From positions 806,863 to 870,862 of the forward strand of contig JAXGPC010000002.1 in assembly GCA_040767155.1 (NCBI GenBank): a stretch of 64,000 nucleotides of DNA, in the 5' to 3' direction. The notes beneath the pieces were generated by a model, which saw only the letters and a program-made list of their open reading frames with translations, was not told the origin of the DNA and ran no database searches. This DNA is from Anaerolineae bacterium. GTDB lineage: Bacteria > Chloroflexota > Anaerolineae > B4-G1 > SLSP01. Made by a program: the position numbers and the translations under genes. Positions 60,622 to 64,000 of this stretch are shown piece after piece (position 1 is the stretch's first letter; each line of letters starts with the position of its first letter).

Positions 60622-61536
60622 CTACTCTGCCCAACGCGCCGTGTCAACCAACCTCTTCAGGCACGTGTGAAACTCCTCCTGCAACCGGCCAGCAAAATCG
60701 AGTTCGGTAGCCTTGGGCCCCAAGATGACGCCCAGGGCTACAGTTGCCGGCCCGTGAGGGGGATCATTCCAGGTGAGACGGGGCTTGCCCCATGTGGGGC
60801 TTGTCCGTCCAGGCTGAGACTCATAGAGCTCGTACGTTCCATCCACGGGATGGGCAAGCTCCGCCGTTACCTGGAAGGCCGCTGGAGAACAGCCATCCTG
60901 CGACCAAGCCATCACACGGGCGACCAGAGCGTGCGTCAGGATCCGCAAACGGTCCTGGAGCACGGTATCACGTTCTACGATGTTGGCCAACGCTCTGGGG
61001 TCGTTGACTGGCGCAAGCAGCTTGGGGTCATCCACGGCTTTCGTGTCAGCAGGCGGGGCGTCGGTCACCTGCATCGGCGTGAGCAAAATTCTCCGGACTT
61101 CCCAGCGGTGGGGGACCTTGGGATTCACCTGAACCTTGCAGGCCCACAGGCAGGGGCGTTCCGGTTCCGGCAGGGCGATCTCGGCTTCGGCACGCCAGAG
61201 ATCCTTTACGTCAGCGGTCCAGTCCTTGGCAGGTTGCCGGCGGGGTATGAGGCGTCCCAGCCCATACGCACCGGCGGCCAGTGCTGTAGCAATGCTGGCC
61301 CAGGCGACATCAGAGAGGAAACCGTTGTCGCGCGTTTCCTCGTCCGCCGGTACGAGTCCGGTTGTTGGAGGATCTTCGTCGTGCGTTGCCGATGCCACTT
61401 CGCGCTGCGCAAGTGGGTGCGTTGTGACGCTGGACGCCAGGAGGTCGCTGGGCGCTGTGAGCGTCCAGGCCATTTCCAGAATGACGACGAGTGCAGTTAG
61501 GGTACCACGAAGCAAATGGTGCGGGCGGTCCATCAT
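60622..61536 (-). CDS. Hypothetical membrane protein
   Basis: Long ORF in the co-directional run, GGAGG before ATGATG, two hydrophobic segments; no family recognised. Confidence 0.6.
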   Translation of the reverse strand: MMDRPHHLLRGTLTALVVILEMAWTLTAPSDLLASSVTTHPLAQREVASATHDEDPPTTGLVPADEETRDNGFLSDVAWASIATALAAGAYGLGRLIPRRQPAKDWTADVKDLWRAEAEIALPEPERPCLWACKVQVNPKVPHRWEVRRILLTPMQVTDAPPADTKAVDDPKLLAPVNDPRALANIVERDTVLQDRLRILTHALVARVMAWSQDGCSPAAFQVTAELAHPVDGTYELYESQPGRTSPTWGKPRLTWNDPPHGPATVALGVILGPKATELDFAGRLQEEFHTCLKRLVDTARWAE

Positions 61537-61707
61537 ACCTCCGGGTCGTGACTGCCAGATTTCACCCAAGACGCGACGCCGCCAGGGCATATAGGTGTCG
61601 AGCTGCAACGGCAGTGGCGGTATCTGTGCCGACCGGATGGATGGGTAGATGCAGCTATTGTAGCCCAGGGCTACGCCGCAGGCAAGGCCAAGTCCAGGGC
61701 CCTGAGG

Positions 61708-62421
61708 TCAGCCGTTGAGCGACCGTGCGAACCACCGGGTTGCTTCGGCGATCAAGTGCGCGCCCATCGACACAGGCACCTCGTCGGCGTTGATGTGGAG
61801 ATGGTAGAGCGTGGGATCGTCCCAGGCGACGCCAAAGTAGCGTTGAAGGTAACGAGCGCGCTCACGATCGCTGCGCTGGATCGCGGCCTCGGCTTCCTCG
61901 CGCGTCCCGGTCCCGCGCGCCATCAGTGTTCGGACGCGCACTGGTATGGACGCGTAGACGCGGACGTGAAGGGCATTGTGTCTGTGGCGCAGGATGACCT
62001 GTGCCCCGCGCCCCGCCACGACGACGCCACCGACCTCGGCGTAGCGCTCGATCACCTGCCGGATGAGGTCGCGGTACTGCTCGGCCGCCAATGCCCGCTC
62101 GCGCTCAGCGATGCACTCCTCTGCAAGCTGTGCGGTGAGCACTTCGGCATAGGCCTGCCCTTCGCGCAGTGTCGCACTGGGCATCATCGGCACGGGCGAC
62201 ATCCGCCCCAACATCTCCAGGATGCGCACCAAGAGCCCCGGCACCTGTTCCTGGTAGGCAAGTGCCTCGACCATAGCCTCGTCGGGAAAACCGGCCTCCA
62301 CCGCAGCGTGTTGGAGGATCTCGCGATCAAGGTAGCGGAAGCCAAGCAGTGTCGCGGCTTCTGTACCCATATAGCTTCCGCCGCTTCCCAGTTGTCTCGA
62401 TAGCGTGATCACCATACCCAT
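61708..62421 (-). CDS. Cytidylate kinase-like family protein
   Basis: VITLSRQLGSGG P-loop variant, VVAGRGA, SDRERARY, DDPTLYHLHIN. Confidence 0.9.
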   Translation of the reverse strand: MGMVITLSRQLGSGGSYMGTEAATLLGFRYLDREILQHAAVEAGFPDEAMVEALAYQEQVPGLLVRILEMLGRMSPVPMMPSATLREGQAYAEVLTAQLAEECIAERERALAAEQYRDLIRQVIERYAEVGGVVVAGRGAQVILRHRHNALHVRVYASIPVRVRTLMARGTGTREEAEAAIQRSDRERARYLQRYFGVAWDDPTLYHLHINADEVPVSMGAHLIAEATRWFARSLNG

Positions 62422-62587
62422 AGTTCCCTCCTGCCCAAGGGACTGACGGAGTGCAAACGATCGTTGGGTGTGCAGTGTCGGTGTGGCAATGAACGATGGG
62501 GACAGTTCCTTCTAACCTTAGAATAGCACAGCGTCAGTCTCATGTCAAATTAGCCGAGGTCGTCGCCATGCCACACCACCACGCGTG

Positions 62588-62616
62588 TTGTGTGCACCGT
62601 GTGACCGTGGTATAGT
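62588..62616 (+). promoter_or_regulatory. Putative promoter for GH130-xylA
   Basis: TTGTGT-17 nt-TATAGT with a TG extension (TGGTATAGT). Confidence 0.5.
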
Positions 62617-62653
62617 CGCAGTGGAAATCGGCGCGACCAAAGGAGTGACGCCT

Positions 62654-63838
62654 ATGCCACGACCGGCACCTTCGGCAGTCCTGCAGCGGCTCCGGGCGGA
62701 GCACGAAGCACTCATCACCCGGCCCAACCGGGTCGATCGGAACTGGAGCAACGGACTCTTCGAGCGCTACGAAAACCCAATCCTCACTGCGGCTCACACG
62801 CCCCTCGACTGGCGCTATGACTTCGACCCTACGACCAATCCCTATATGATGGAACGGATGGGCATCAACGGTGTCTTCAACGCCGGGGCGATGGCCTGGA
62901 ATGGGAAGATCGTGCTGGTCTGCCGCGTTGAGGGCTACGACCGCAAGTCGTTTTTCGCCGTTGCTGAGAGCACGAGCGGTGTCGACGGATTCCGGTTCTG
63001 GGATCGTCCCCTGGTGATGCCCGAGACCGAGAACCCCGACGTCAACGTCTACGACATGCGACTTACGGAGCACGAGGACGGCTGGATCTATGGCGTCTTC
63101 TGCACAGAGCGCAAGGACCCCGTCGCGCCGCCCGGCGACATGAGCAGTGCTGTGGCCCAGGCTGGCATCGCGCGGACGCACGACTTGGTTGTCTGGGAGC
63201 GGCTCGATGACCTGGTCACGTCCTCGCCGCAGCAGCGCAACGTCGTCCTGCACCCGGAGTTTGTGCATGAGAAGTACGCGTTCTACACGCGGCCCCAGGA
63301 CGATTTCATCCAGGCGGGGAGTGGCGGCGGCATCGCGTTTGGACTCGCGGATGACATCGAGCATGCCGTCGTTTTCGAGGAGACTGTCATCGATCCCCGG
63401 GCCTATCACACGATCAAGGAGCTCAAGAACGGCGCCGGCGCAACCCCGATCAAGACGCCCGAGGGGTGGCTGCATATCGCGCACGGCGTTCGCGCATGCG
63501 CCGCTGGCCTGCGCTATGTGCTCTATGCCTTCTTGTGCGATCTGGACGACCCTGCCAGGGTGCTCTATCGTCCGGGGGGGTACCTGATGGCGCCAGTTGG
63601 GGACGAGCGCACCGGCGACGTCTCCAACGTCCTCTTCTGCAACGGTGCAGCCGCCTTACCCGACGGCACGCTCTTCGTTTACTACGCCTCGTCCGACACG
63701 CGGATGCACGTCGCGACGACGACGATCGACAGAATGCTGGATTATGTGAGGAATACGCCGCCCGACGGCGGGCGCTCAGCTACCTCCGTTGCCCAGCGTC
63801 TCGCGCTCATCGAGCGCAACTGCGCGCTCATATCGTGA
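62654..63838 (+). CDS. GH130 4-O-beta-D-mannosyl-D-glucose phosphorylase-like
   Basis: [78 protein letters not shown] 62654 behind AAGGAG. Confidence 0.92.
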   Translation: MPRPAPSAVLQRLRAEHEALITRPNRVDRNWSNGLFERYENPILTAAHTPLDWRYDFDPTTNPYMMERMGINGVFNAGAMAWNGKIVLVCRVEGYDRKSFFAVAESTSGVDGFRFWDRPLVMPETENPDVNVYDMRLTEHEDGWIYGVFCTERKDPVAPPGDMSSAVAQAGIARTHDLVVWERLDDLVTSSPQQRNVVLHPEFVHEKYAFYTRPQDDFIQAGSGGGIAFGLADDIEHAVVFEETVIDPRAYHTIKELKNGAGATPIKTPEGWLHIAHGVRACAAGLRYVLYAFLCDLDDPARVLYRPGGYLMAPVGDERTGDVSNVLFCNGAAALPDGTLFVYYASSDTRMHVATTTIDRMLDYVRNTPPDGGRSATSVAQRLALIERNCALIS

Positions 63839-63860
63839 CCGCAATTTGAAAGGAGTGTCC

Positions 63861-64000
63861 ATGTCTGACCTGTTTGTACCCAAGCCCGAGCACAAGTTTA
63901 CCTTCGGCCTGTGGACCGTGGGCAACACCGGCTCCGACGCATTTGGAGACTCGGTCCGGCCCAAGATGTCGCCGGCGGATCTCGTCTACCTTCTTGGCGA
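63861..64000 (+). CDS. xylA: Xylose isomerase (class I type), 5' part only
   Basis: Manual translation MSDLFVPKPEHKFTFGLWTVGNTGSDAFGDSVRP... matches the FTFGLWTVG..G.D.FG signature; RBS AAGGAG. Confidence 0.88.
   Translation, partial: MSDLFVPKPEHKFTFGLWTVGNTGSDAFGDSVRPKMSPADLVYLLG

Overview
A GC-rich bacterial chromosomal segment, most likely Chloroflexota/Anaerolineae. That assignment is inferred from the multi-GAF/PAS kinases, many Gfo/Idh/MocA and URO-D-like genes, and a C-terminal FLPxVMR tail on a secreted protein. From left to right it holds: a partial prs, an S9 peptidase, an orphan DNA methyltransferase, and a 13-kb signalling block (three large sensor kinases, two stand-alone receivers, a GNAT). 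Then come an apparently circularly permuted ROK-like protein, a nitroreductase, proS, a phytoene-desaturase-like oxidoreductase and a divergent stand-alone MraY-like gene. A long carbohydrate-catabolism region follows: GH32, TIM-barrel isomerases, a URO-D-like pair, GH10, a broken GH94, xylB, GH130 and xylA. It is interrupted by an APH-type phosphotransferase, a pyroglutamate cassette (DUF969-DUF979-pcp) and one intact-looking IS630-family element. The best candidate for an undescribed system is the 53.9-59.6 kb operon: a deoxyhypusine-synthase-like domain fused to a GmhA-like isomerase, an HldE-type kinase, a HAD phosphatase and a DUF5054 glycosidase-like protein. I saw no rRNA, tRNA or CRISPR array. 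All family calls come from recognising motifs by eye; no database search was run.
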